A DNA stretch of 63,443 nucleotides, filler included, from Deltaproteobacteria bacterium (lineage in GTDB: Bacteria > JAEEML01), in the NCBI GenBank assembly GCA_016283195.1. It is 4 parts of 4 records of this genome, joined end to end, with 100 filler letters (N's around TTAATTAATTAA, not from the genome) between each part and the next. Parts side by side here need not be neighbours in the genome. Positions count along the whole stretch, not along the records: positions 1 to 18,636 come from JAEEML010000148.1; 3 more parts are not named here. One strand, 5' to 3'. This document shows positions 1-9,589 of this stretch, one piece after another. The position numbers were made by a program, and so were the translations under genes. Every line of letters starts with the position of its first letter. Position 1 is the stretch's first letter. A model generated the notes under the pieces. It made no database searches and was not told where the DNA came from. It saw only the letters and a list, made by a program, of their open reading frames with translations.

Positions 1-130
1 CTCATAAAGTTTGTTAATAAATATAGGCCGAAATATTTTAACATTTTTTACAAAATATCTTTTCCTTAAAAGCCCTCTTGTGGCATTAAGGGGCAGGGCG
101 CAATATCTCGCCCCGAAAGTGAGATTTTTT

Positions 131-1225
131 ATGAAAATACCTATGTTAAATATCCCCAGAATGCAAAGTGAAATTCGTGATGACCTGGCAGCTTCTCTCT
201 TAAAAGTACTGGATAGCGGCCAGTATATAAATGGCCCGGAAGTGGCGGCTTTTGAAGCGGAACTCGCGGCCTATATCGGCGCTAAAGGGGCGGTGGCCGT
301 GAGCTCCGGCACCGATGCTCTCATTGTGGCTATGATGGCTCTAGGTGTTAAACCGGGCGATGAGATTATCACCACGCCATATACCTTTTTTGCCACCGCC
401 GGCTCTATCGCCCGCCTGGGCGCAGTGCCGGTATTTGTCGATATTGTGCCCGGCACCTTTAATATTGACCCAGCGCAAATAGCAGCTAAAATTACAGCCA
501 AAACAGTGGGTATTGTGCCGGTGCACCTCTTTGGCCAATGTGCCGATATGAGCGCTGTTTTGAAGGTAGCAGAGGCCCATAATCTCTGGGTGCTGGAAGA
601 TGCCGCCCAGGCTATCGGCGCCAAGTGGCAGGGCCAGATGTCATGCACCATGGGTAAAGCCGGCTGTCTTAGCTTTTTCCCGGCCAAGAATTTGGGCGGC
701 CTGGGCGATGGCGGCGCGGTTATTAGTAATGATCTGGAATTTATCGAAAAAGTTAAAGTGCTGCGCGAGCATGGCTCCAAGCCGCGCTATTATCACCACT
801 TTATCGGCGGCAATTTCCGTATGGATGCTCTGCAGGCCGCGCCGCTGCGTATTAAGCTCAAAGCTTTGGATAGCTGGGTCACTGGCCGGCGCCGGGTAGC
901 TGGGCGCTATAATGAGCTTTTAAAGGGCATTGCCAAGGTTCCGGTTATTGCCGAGGGTGCCGAATCGGTCTTTAATCAATATGTCATAAGAGTGGATAAA
1001 GCGGCGCGGCCGGCCATTATGGAGCGCTTAAAAGCTGCTGATATCGGCCATGCCATTTATTACCCGGTGCCGCTCCACTTGCAGCCCTGCTTTAGCAATT
1101 TGGGCTATAAAGCCGGCGATTTGCCGGTGGCGGAACTGGCCGCTGAGGAGAGCCTGGCTATCCCGGTCGATCCCAAGCTAAGTGATGATGAAATTAAAGA
1201 AATAGTAAATATTATCAAGGGGTAA
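131..1225 (+). CDS. DegT/DnrJ/EryC1/StrS family PLP aminotransferase (WbpE-like)
   Basis: SGTDAL, TPYTFFATA, VHLFGQ, EDAAQA and SFFPAKNLG (PLP lysine) motifs; start placed at ATG 131 (MKIPML). Confidence 0.92.
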   Translation: MKIPMLNIPRMQSEIRDDLAASLLKVLDSGQYINGPEVAAFEAELAAYIGAKGAVAVSSGTDALIVAMMALGVKPGDEIITTPYTFFATAGSIARLGAVPVFVDIVPGTFNIDPAQIAAKITAKTVGIVPVHLFGQCADMSAVLKVAEAHNLWVLEDAAQAIGAKWQGQMSCTMGKAGCLSFFPAKNLGGLGDGGAVISNDLEFIEKVKVLREHGSKPRYYHHFIGGNFRMDALQAAPLRIKLKALDSWVTGRRRVAGRYNELLKGIAKVPVIAEGAESVFNQYVIRVDKAARPAIMERLKAADIGHAIYYPVPLHLQPCFSNLGYKAGDLPVAELAAEESLAIPVDPKLSDDEIKEIVNIIKG

Positions 1226-1232
1226 TACCTTT

Positions 1233-1859
1233 ATGTCCGGTAAAATATCGGCTCTTATTTTTGACCTTGACGGCACGCTTATCGACACCATGCCGGCCCA
1301 TTATCTGGCCTGGAAAGAAGCTATAAAAGCTTATGACTGGCAATTTACCGAGGAGCACTTTTACAGCATGGCCGGCTGGCCCACCCTAAAAGTGGCTCAG
1401 GTGGTGATGGCTGCCTGTGGCAATCCCGAGCCGGCAGAGGTAATAGCCAGCCGCAAAGAGAGCCTCTTTCTGGCTCACCTCTCCGAGATGCGCCCTATTG
1501 AACCGGTAGTGGCTATAGCCCGCCGCTTTGCCGGCCGCCTGCCTATGGCTATAGCTACCGGGAGCCGGGCCGGGCAGGCCGATACACTCCTTAATCTCCT
1601 TGGAATTAAAGACCTTTTTCAGGTGATTCTCACGGCCGATGATGGCCTACCCGGCAAGCCCCATCCGGCTATATTTTTAAAAGCGGCCGAGCTCATGGGC
1701 GCTCCGGCTAAAGAGTGCCTGGTTTTTGAAGATGGAGAAGCTGGTTTAGCGGCGGCCGCGGCGGCCGGCATGGCGCGCATAGATGTGCGAAAATCTAACG
1801 AAATCAGCACGGCGGTAGCCGATACCTCTCTTAACGGTTTGGGGCACTGGGGGCTATAG
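1233..1859 (+). CDS. HAD family phosphatase (YqaB/beta-phosphoglucomutase-like)
   Basis: FDLDGTLIDT motif I, GKPHP, VFEDG. Confidence 0.9.
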   Translation: MSGKISALIFDLDGTLIDTMPAHYLAWKEAIKAYDWQFTEEHFYSMAGWPTLKVAQVVMAACGNPEPAEVIASRKESLFLAHLSEMRPIEPVVAIARRFAGRLPMAIATGSRAGQADTLLNLLGIKDLFQVILTADDGLPGKPHPAIFLKAAELMGAPAKECLVFEDGEAGLAAAAAAGMARIDVRKSNEISTAVADTSLNGLGHWGL

Positions 1860-1860
1860 C

Positions 1861-2568
1861 TTAGAAACCCAAGAGGCCTCCTATAGTAGGTTGGAAATCA
1901 GTCTTCGGATCGCCTTTATTTTTAGCGGTGTCTTTGATACAACGTATGGAATGACCGCTCAACTTATAGTCACCATCGATGGAAAAACTATCCGGACCAA
2001 GGCTTAACATAGTGGCGTAGTGTTTCTCGTAATATGTCTTTGACCAGAAACCGGCACCTTCCCCAAAATAAAAGTAGGTGTTGTCGTATCCGGAATGGGC
2101 GCCAGCTGGGAGGGCCGCAAAGCCGAATTCATCCGTACCTTTCTCACTGTAATCCGTCCAATCAGTACTCCTAGCTATAAGTGATAACCCGAGATTACTG
2201 GTGTTATGCGCATCAACATATTCGTTAAACTGATGAAATTCATTCTCTGTTGGTAAATGCCAGCCACTGGGGCACATATCAATGGCTGTTTCCCAGTTAT
2301 AGAGTAAACCGTATTTAGCATCGTTAGCTGCGTCTCCATTTACATGATAATAACCGGAACCACCGGCCGGAACTTTGGCATAGTTTTCGGCCATCCAGGT
2401 CTGACAGCCTATTGATACTGTTTTATATGATCTATTGTTATCGCTGCTATCGATAAGTGGTTCTGCTGCTCCATCGGGTATTTCGCATTTTTCCTCTTTA
2501 CCGCAACCCGTGGCCAGAAAGGCTAAGAAGCCAAAAGCGAACATATAGTAGGTTGTTTTCTTCAGCAT
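1861..2568 (-). CDS. Lipoprotein with Fibrobacter succinogenes major paralogous (FISUMP) domain, copy 1
   Basis: Lipobox LATGC; YKTVSIGCQTWMAEN, YGLLYNW, CPSGWHLPT, FGFAALPAG, SIRCIKD; RBS AAGGAG before ATG 2568. Confidence 0.88.
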   Translation of the reverse strand: MLKKTTYYMFAFGFLAFLATGCGKEEKCEIPDGAAEPLIDSSDNNRSYKTVSIGCQTWMAENYAKVPAGGSGYYHVNGDAANDAKYGLLYNWETAIDMCPSGWHLPTENEFHQFNEYVDAHNTSNLGLSLIARSTDWTDYSEKGTDEFGFAALPAGAHSGYDNTYFYFGEGAGFWSKTYYEKHYATMLSLGPDSFSIDGDYKLSGHSIRCIKDTAKNKGDPKTDFQPTIGGLLGF

Positions 2569-2594
2569 TTTTTCTCCTTTTGTGGGCATGACGT

Positions 2595-2618
2595 AGAAAT
2601 GCCGTTAATGGCATTTCT
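2595..2618. promoter_or_regulatory. Inverted repeat (hairpin or operator) in the leader of FISUMP copy 1
   Basis: AGAAATGCC-gttaat-GGCATTTCT, perfect 9-bp arms. Confidence 0.4.
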
Positions 2619-2733
2619 GCTAATATCAAACGCTGGCAGTTTACTTTAAACCGTTTTTCTGTGCAAGTAAGAGAATAATTCGTGAAAATATAAGGGAAAA
2701 ATAAGCATTACAAAAATGCCGTCTTAGGGCTTA

Positions 2734-4629
2734 TTAGCGGCAGTTATTCAGCTGTTCCTGTGCCCCTTGGTGCCACTGGCTTTCCGGCATGGTGATATTG
2801 AGCACGGTGCGGAAGGCCTCACAGGCGGCACTCGGGTTACTTTGGGCCATTCTCTGCGCTTCGGCGAATTTGCGCTTGGCTACGGCATCCAGGCGGTTAA
2901 AACCGGTGGCGATGTCGGTATTGCTGCGATCCAGCTGATGGCCTTTATACCAATTATCAAAAGCTTCGGTAAAAATTTGCTTTTTGAAGAGTTGATCGCC
3001 AAGAGTGAAGTATTCTTTGGCTACCATATTTTTAAGATTTTTGATGGTTCGCGATTCTACGCCTTCCGGTAAAAGCTCGCCTTCGGTTTTAATGGCGCTT
3101 TCCCAGGCTTCGATGGCGCGCTGGGAGTTATTATCCACTTTGGCACCGTTGCCCATGGCCATTTTTTGTTGGATATCATTTAAGCGTTTGGCAATCTTAG
3201 CGGCTTCGTCGCTATCGCTGCCGGTGACGGTATTAAGAACATTTTTGGTATCCTCAAGGCTGCCATCTATATAGCCCACCATTATGGGAGCCAGAACCTG
3301 AGAATAGCGGGCTTTGAGTTTTTCCACCGTTTCCTGGGTAATTAGTTTTTGGCTACGCCCGGCGATATTTTCCAGCTGCTCTTCATAGCTTACAAAATCA
3401 ATTTGGGCTTTTACCAGTTGCTTTTCTACCTCAGTTACCAAGCGACGCCCCTTTTGTGAGGCCGGGTTTAGCGTGAGATGCTTGATGAGAGTATCATGAA
3501 TAGCTAAATAATCTTTTTTATTGCGCCGTGTTAACTGTATAGCTTCTTCGTAGTATTGTTCTGATAACTTGCCGTTGACATCCATGAGAAAACGGCGGGC
3601 CGATTCATAATAATGCGAGGTATTGGGAATGGAGAGCAAAAGCTCTTGCGCTTTTTGGGCATCGTTTTGGCGGAAAACTTGTTGCGCTTCCGAAAGATTT
3701 TGGGAATATGTCAGCTCGTTTTGACAGGCTCTAAGCCTTTTATCGGCCTCGATATTCAAAGGATCCTGGGCCAAAACCTTTCTAAAGGTGTCAATAGCTA
3801 TATCCCACTGGCCCTCGGCTTGTTGTCTGGTGCCCTGGTTTATGGTGTTGGAAATCTCGCGCTCGATTTGATCCATCACGGAATATTGCAACTTGGGCTT
3901 ATTGGAGGCTCCGGATACAGCAATAACAGTAACAAGAACCAGCATAAAAAGGGCCATTAAAGCAATGGCTACAGCCACTAAATACTGGCGATCGGTGGCT
4001 AAAATCAGCTCTTTTATCGAAGCTCTTTTGATGCCGCCGTAAGGCTCCAGAATAAATTCCACCGAGCCGATTCTGAGGCGCTGGCCGGGGGTTATCTGAG
4101 CGGGCTTATCTATTTGCTCGCGGTCGATAAAAGTGCCGTTGGAACTGCCCAAATCTTCAACAGTAATGCCGCTGTCGCTGACGGTTATTTTGGTATGGAA
4201 GCGGCTGACGGATTTATCAACAACCACCAAAGTGTTGCCGTCAACGCGGCCGATGGTTGTTTCGCCAAAGGGCAGCTCAAAAACTTTGCGCGCTACTATG
4301 CGGTTTAAGCCCTTTAGTTGGAAAGGAGCATGATTAGCGGCATCTGCGATATAGCGCAGGTGGAAATTGCCCACCTCTATATCCATGTTTTCAGCTAGTT
4401 TGGTAGGGGCATTTATTAAGGCGCCGTTGACCAAAACGCCGTTGGCCGAACCTAAATCCTCTATCCAGTAGGTGCCCTCTTTAAAAGAAATTTTAGCATG
4501 ATGCCGCGAGACCTTTTTATCCTGTAATTGGATTGGCGCTGAAGGATCGCGGCCGATGATATAGCTATCGGCTTTTAACTCAATGGAGCTTCTTTGTTTA
4601 TCCGGTGATATAATTTCAATTTGCGCCAT
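2734..4629 (-). CDS. Tandem FHA-domain membrane protein with C-terminal TPR-like region
   Basis: Two FHA motifs (IGRD..VSRHHA..DLGSANG; IGRV..VSRFHT..DLGSSNGT), one hydrophobic TM segment, then helical TPR-like repeats. Confidence 0.85.
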   Translation of the reverse strand: MAQIEIISPDKQRSSIELKADSYIIGRDPSAPIQLQDKKVSRHHAKISFKEGTYWIEDLGSANGVLVNGALINAPTKLAENMDIEVGNFHLRYIADAANHAPFQLKGLNRIVARKVFELPFGETTIGRVDGNTLVVVDKSVSRFHTKITVSDSGITVEDLGSSNGTFIDREQIDKPAQITPGQRLRIGSVEFILEPYGGIKRASIKELILATDRQYLVAVAIALMALFMLVLVTVIAVSGASNKPKLQYSVMDQIEREISNTINQGTRQQAEGQWDIAIDTFRKVLAQDPLNIEADKRLRACQNELTYSQNLSEAQQVFRQNDAQKAQELLLSIPNTSHYYESARRFLMDVNGKLSEQYYEEAIQLTRRNKKDYLAIHDTLIKHLTLNPASQKGRRLVTEVEKQLVKAQIDFVSYEEQLENIAGRSQKLITQETVEKLKARYSQVLAPIMVGYIDGSLEDTKNVLNTVTGSDSDEAAKIAKRLNDIQQKMAMGNGAKVDNNSQRAIEAWESAIKTEGELLPEGVESRTIKNLKNMVAKEYFTLGDQLFKKQIFTEAFDNWYKGHQLDRSNTDIATGFNRLDAVAKRKFAEAQRMAQSNPSAACEAFRTVLNITMPESQWHQGAQEQLNNCR

Positions 4630-4724
4630 ATTACCCGGGCCCTGTCAAAAACAGACTTCTTACTACTGGCACAGCCAAAGGCCGGCGTCAAGGAGTAGAA
4701 GCGGAAAATTGCATATTTTGCGCC

Positions 4725-5690
4725 CTATTTCGCGGCGGCCTGAGCCGCTAGGCCATTATGTTCATCTATCGCCAAAAGTAAAGATGCCAAAAGCCGGCTT
4801 TTAGGCACCATTAAAGCCATTTTTTCCCCTAAAGCCGCTACTTCGCCTATGGTATAGCGCGCTTCACTCACCCGGCCGGCGGCGATATCGCCGCGCATAG
4901 ATGGTATATGCGCGGCGGCCATTTTATTGTAATTAATGAATTTTTCTGCAAAATCAGGGGGGAACTCCTCCCCGCAGGCGGCAGCCACCAAAAGCATTTC
5001 TTGCAAAAGCGCCATAGCCAGAGGTGCAGTGTGGCGGCTATTAAGTACTTCGCCTATGGTGAGGCCGGTTAGGGCTGAAATGGCCGAAATGGGTATGCCG
5101 TTGAGTGATTTTTCCCACACATAGTGGCTTATAGCGGTTACAGCGCGCATTTTGAGGCCGCTGGCGGTGAGTATAGTGCTAAGCTCTTGGGCTGCCGCGC
5201 TTTCACCGCCGCCGGCCGGGCCCAGATAACTCTCTGTCTGGTAAGTCATCTTGATGGCACCTGGCTCAAGAGTGATACCGGCAAAATTGAGCACCGCTCT
5301 AAGCACCCGCTCGCCGCCCAGCGCTTTTATAAAAGGTTTTTCGTTATTCAGACCGTTTTGCATGATGGCCACTATGCCGTGCTCTTTTAAAAGCGGAGAT
5401 ATAGTTTGGGCCAGTTCATCATTGGCGAGGGCTTTGGTGCAGATGAGAATATAATCAAAACGGTGGCCGGCGGCGATAAGCTCGGCTGGACTCGCAAAAA
5501 TAGGCGGCATAGCTGTTTCAAAAGTACGCACGCCGCTTATTTTTAAAGAGCATTGATTTAAAGCGGCGGCGCTTTTTTTATTATGCATGAGAGCTAAGAG
5601 ATCATGCCCATCTTTTATGAGGCCGGCAGCGACGATGGAACCAATGGCTCCAAGGCCGATTACAAGAAAAGATTTACTACTATTTTTCAT
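4725..5690 (-). CDS. panE: 2-dehydropantoate 2-reductase (ketopantoate reductase family)
   Basis: GLGAIG Rossmann motif, MQNG, WEK, PSMRGD..E. Confidence 0.85.
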   Translation of the reverse strand: MKNSSKSFLVIGLGAIGSIVAAGLIKDGHDLLALMHNKKSAAALNQCSLKISGVRTFETAMPPIFASPAELIAAGHRFDYILICTKALANDELAQTISPLLKEHGIVAIMQNGLNNEKPFIKALGGERVLRAVLNFAGITLEPGAIKMTYQTESYLGPAGGGESAAAQELSTILTASGLKMRAVTAISHYVWEKSLNGIPISAISALTGLTIGEVLNSRHTAPLAMALLQEMLLVAAACGEEFPPDFAEKFINYNKMAAAHIPSMRGDIAAGRVSEARYTIGEVAALGEKMALMVPKSRLLASLLLAIDEHNGLAAQAAAK

Positions 5691-5705
5691 AATTATTTCA
5701 CCATG

Positions 5706-7760
5706 TTAATAATTGTCATCCTCATCTAAATCGATATCCAAATGGCCGCCCATGTGCAAGCGTCTCTGAATGTGCGGGGCAATATGACCGGGGGTTTTAC
5801 CCTGCCTGGACAGGGGGTGGGCCTCTATACCCATCTCTTTGATAAAACGCGAGAGTGCCGGCTCTTTAAAGCCGCCGCCGAGGCTGCGCCTACTGCCGGC
5901 CGCCGTGATATAAAGCGTCCTTCTGGCTCTGGTGATGCCCACATAGCAGAGGCGCCGCTCCTCCTCAATATATTTGGCTTTTTCGGCCGGATTTTGCGCC
6001 CGGTCGGCGCTGCGCAGAGAATTGGCGTGCGGCAAAAGTCCCTCTTCCATGCCAACAAGAAAAACTGTATTAAATTCCAGACCTTTTGCCGCATGAATGG
6101 TGGAAATGGTCACCCCTTTACCCGGGCTGTCCTGGGCGGCGCTGCTTTCATCCAAAGAGATTTCGCGCAAAAATTCCGGCAAGGTGATGCCCGCGTCATG
6201 GCGCAGGGCGATGAGGCGCAAAAGTTCTTCTATATTTTCCTCGCGCTCTTCGGCATGCGGGTCACCCTTAAGCGAATCCAAAAGCGCCAAATCTTTAATA
6301 GCTTTTTGAGCCAGCTGAACAGGTGTGAGCTCTCCGGCCGCCGTGCGCAAAGATGCCAAAAGATCATTAAGGGCCAAAAGCGGCACTATGGCTCTTTTAT
6401 TAAAGCCCAGTGTTTTGAGCTTTGGTTCGCCGCCGGCCAAGATGGCCCCGACGGAGCTATTCTCTTTAGCGGAAAAGGCCAGTAATTTATTTATTGTTTG
6501 TTCGCCGATGCCGGCGGTCAGGTTGGTGAGCACTCTTTGAAAATCGGCATCGCTATCCGGCCAAAAGAGGAGACGCAGGGCCGCCAGGAGGTCCTTTATC
6601 TCCTTGCGGGCGAAAAAGGCCGTGCCGCCCACAATAGTATAATTAAGCCCTGCTGTGCGCAAAACCTGCTCAAAGGGGCGGCTTTGGGCGTTGGTGCGCA
6701 TAAGTATGGCAAAATCTTCAAGATTTGCGCCTCCTTGTACTGCTTTTAAAATAGTGCCGCCCACCATGGCCGCCTCTTCCTCGGCGCCGGGCGCCAAAAG
6801 CAAAAGGGGCTTTTTCATATCCATATTTTGCGAAAAAAGCTTTTTGGGTCGCCGCTCCTCGTTATTCTCAATCAGCAAATTTGCGGCATCTAAAATAGCG
6901 CAGGTAGAGCGGTAATTTTCTTCCAGTTTGTAGCAGGTGGCTCCGCCGAAGTGTTTTTCAAAGTATTTCATATTGGCCGGATTGGCCCCGCGCCAGCTGT
7001 ATATTGATTGATCGTCATCACCAACGGCAAAAATGGTGGAGCCTTCCGGGCCAAAAGCCAGAGTTTTTAAAAATTCCAGTTGCACCTCGTTGGTATCCTG
7101 AAATTCATCCACCAGCACATATTTATAGCGGCGGCGGCAATAATCTAACAGCTCTTTATCTTGACGCCAGAGGTGCAGGCACTCCATGATGAGATCGCCG
7201 AAATCGAGAGCCGCGGCGCGGCGCAGCGCTTTTTGATATGTTCCATAAAGTTTTAGCGCATAATTACCCAAAATATCAAACTCTTTGCAAGTGGCCTTTT
7301 CAGGTGTAAGACCGCGATTTTTAAAGCTATCTATTTTGCTCAAAATACCGTTTGGCGTAATTGTTTTAGGATCCAGCCCAAGCTCATTAAGCAAATTTTT
7401 AATGATGGTCAGCTGATCGTATGTATCATAAATAATGAAATTGCTGTCTATATCTATGGCCGCGCCGTATTGGCGCAAAAAGCGCGAGCAAATGGCGTGA
7501 AAGGTGCCGATAGCCATCTGCCGGGCCTCCGGGCCGATGAGTTTTACGAGGCGCTCTTTCATCTCCTTGGCGGCTTTATTGGTAAAGGTGAGCGCCATAA
7601 TTTCCGAGCGCTTTGCCAGCCCCTCGTTGATGAGCCAGGCAATGCGATATGTTAAAACCCGCGTCTTGCCGGTGCCGGCGCCGGCGATTACCAATTCGTG
7701 GCCGCCAAAGTGGGTGACAGCTGCCAGTTGCTGCTTATTTAATTCCTTTAAAATATTCAT
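5706..7760 (-). CDS. uvrD: UvrD/PcrA family ATP-dependent DNA helicase
   Basis: AGAGTGKT, TFTNKAA, VDEFQDTN, VGDDDQSIY, ENYRS, TIHAAKGLEF, EERRLCYVGITRA. Confidence 0.95.
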   Translation of the reverse strand: MNILKELNKQQLAAVTHFGGHELVIAGAGTGKTRVLTYRIAWLINEGLAKRSEIMALTFTNKAAKEMKERLVKLIGPEARQMAIGTFHAICSRFLRQYGAAIDIDSNFIIYDTYDQLTIIKNLLNELGLDPKTITPNGILSKIDSFKNRGLTPEKATCKEFDILGNYALKLYGTYQKALRRAAALDFGDLIMECLHLWRQDKELLDYCRRRYKYVLVDEFQDTNEVQLEFLKTLAFGPEGSTIFAVGDDDQSIYSWRGANPANMKYFEKHFGGATCYKLEENYRSTCAILDAANLLIENNEERRPKKLFSQNMDMKKPLLLLAPGAEEEAAMVGGTILKAVQGGANLEDFAILMRTNAQSRPFEQVLRTAGLNYTIVGGTAFFARKEIKDLLAALRLLFWPDSDADFQRVLTNLTAGIGEQTINKLLAFSAKENSSVGAILAGGEPKLKTLGFNKRAIVPLLALNDLLASLRTAAGELTPVQLAQKAIKDLALLDSLKGDPHAEEREENIEELLRLIALRHDAGITLPEFLREISLDESSAAQDSPGKGVTISTIHAAKGLEFNTVFLVGMEEGLLPHANSLRSADRAQNPAEKAKYIEEERRLCYVGITRARRTLYITAAGSRRSLGGGFKEPALSRFIKEMGIEAHPLSRQGKTPGHIAPHIQRRLHMGGHLDIDLDEDDNY

Positions 7761-9589
7761 AAGATTATCTTAGTAGGCGCTTTAATTATGCGCACTTTTT
7801 CGCCAAAAAGCTTTAGGTAACATTGTTGCAAAAACTGCCCTTGCTCATTCGGGGTGAGCAGCAAAAAACGCTCCAAAGTGGTGATAATTGTCTGGTCGTC
7901 GGCCAGTGGCTTATTTTCTTTTGTGTTCCCTTCAGCCTCTTCTGTGCCCATAAAATCGGCTAAAGTGGCAAAGATAATTCTGGCTGTATAATGTTCGGCT
8001 TCACCACCGTTTCGCGTTTGATTAAGGCCAAAGGCCGCGAGGTGCGGCAACATAACTGGAATGGATTCGGTAGTGTAAATCATGCCGGTCAAATAGGCAG
8101 TTAATTCATCATGAGCCACGCGGCGGTAAGGCGCGGGAATGGCTTTTAGCAGGGCGTCTTGTAATGGCGGCAAGCCCGCGTCTTTATTTATGAGGTGGGT
8201 AAGTTCATGGTAAGCCGTGCATTTGGCCAGAATATCTTCGAGCGGTTTTAAAAGGGTTAGGTCAACTGTTTTGGGGGTTTCTTTTTGCTCTAAGGTGCCG
8301 AGGCGGTGTCCTGCACCTAAAATTTTGCGTTCACCGATGAGGTCGTTATCTGCGCGTACTTTTTGCCAATTATTAAATAATTCAAAGAGTTTTACGAGAT
8401 CTTCTTTTGCTCCAAGCTGTTTTGTAAGCCATTCTTCATATACTTTGGCCAGAAGATCATCGGTATATGGATAGCTCATTCCTCCCAGTTGATTGAGAAT
8501 ACTGGCACCGTCTGCGCTTAGAAGTGGGAGAATAACCTCCAAAATATAAGCTCTTATGCGTTCTTCATATATTTGGGCGCCATAGGCTCCGTGCACGGTG
8601 AGGCCCAAAGCTCCCTCGGCAATGGGCAGACGGTCAATGCGATAGAGATATTGCAGGGGATATGAGCGTTTATCGTAGGTATAAACACTGCGCGCGGCTA
8701 CCCGGTAGGGAATGACCATGGTGGTATGGCAGAGTTTTTTCAGCGGGTGATCGCTTGTCGCCGTAAGTGACTTAGCGAGTTCCCGGCGCGTTTCCAGCGG
8801 GAGGGGCAACATCGTGAGGCAAGGAGCGCTAAAACTCTTGTTATCCACATAATAGCCGATACCGCTATTTTCCAACTCATTATTTAAATTATAGCCTAAT
8901 TCGGTAACTTTGGCGCCCTCGGCGTGATTTTCGATGGCCCGTAAAAAGGCCTCCATAGCCCAGTAGATTTTTTCACTGGTGGCAAAGGGCTTTAAAATGC
9001 GCTCTTTGGTTAACTTGAGCAGAGTTTCGGTCTCTTCAAGTTGCGCTTTTAACTCACTGCTGGCTTTCTTTTCCAGCGCCAGATGGGCCTTAGTCTCGTT
9101 TAAACCGCTTTCCTTATGGGCCAAATCGCAAAAATTCACCAGCTCATGGGCAAAAACGGCATCGAGAGATCTGGCTATCAGGGTGTGGTGCAAAAAAAAG
9201 GCGCTGATAATAAGAAAGAGCAAAAAAAGCGGCCAGATAATTTTTTTTTGCCATAAAAGGTCAAAGATGGTTAGCGCCGGGATAAAATATGTTTTGCCGC
9301 CGCGATCTATAGTGCTTCCGCCCCAAAAAGTATTTGTTTTAAGCTGCTTGCCGCCAAGCTCATGGTAAAGATCGGCAAAGAATAATTCCCCGGAAAGCGG
9401 CGGTTTGCCGGAGAGGCGATAAAAGGCTAAAAGAGCCTCTTTGTGCTTTAAATAACGCCTGGCTAGAGCGTAGCGCAGGGGCAAAAACCAGCGGCGATAA
9501 AAATCAGGCTTTTCAAAAGGGTCGGTGCTGTAAAGAGCCGGCCTCCCGGCGGCTATTTCCTTTAAAAGCAGCCTATCGAGTAAGCTCAT
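7757..9589 (-). CDS. Hypothetical membrane-anchored protein with HExxH motif (possible zinc metallopeptidase)
   Basis: 610-aa ORF overlapping both neighbours by 4 nt; TM segment near aa 115-135; AYHELTHL followed by HDELTAY. Confidence 0.55.
   Translation of the reverse strand: MSLLDRLLLKEIAAGRPALYSTDPFEKPDFYRRWFLPLRYALARRYLKHKEALLAFYRLSGKPPLSGELFFADLYHELGGKQLKTNTFWGGSTIDRGGKTYFIPALTIFDLLWQKKIIWPLFLLFLIISAFFLHHTLIARSLDAVFAHELVNFCDLAHKESGLNETKAHLALEKKASSELKAQLEETETLLKLTKERILKPFATSEKIYWAMEAFLRAIENHAEGAKVTELGYNLNNELENSGIGYYVDNKSFSAPCLTMLPLPLETRRELAKSLTATSDHPLKKLCHTTMVIPYRVAARSVYTYDKRSYPLQYLYRIDRLPIAEGALGLTVHGAYGAQIYEERIRAYILEVILPLLSADGASILNQLGGMSYPYTDDLLAKVYEEWLTKQLGAKEDLVKLFELFNNWQKVRADNDLIGERKILGAGHRLGTLEQKETPKTVDLTLLKPLEDILAKCTAYHELTHLINKDAGLPPLQDALLKAIPAPYRRVAHDELTAYLTGMIYTTESIPVMLPHLAAFGLNQTRNGGEAEHYTARIIFATLADFMGTEEAEGNTKENKPLADDQTIITTLERFLLLTPNEQGQFLQQCYLKLFGEKVRIIKAPTKIIL

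Noticed and set aside
5742-6485. Long antisense ORFs (here and opposite ntpK, ntpA/B, the AsmA-like gene and the kinase)
   Set aside because: They lie opposite well-supported genes and show no recognisable motifs.
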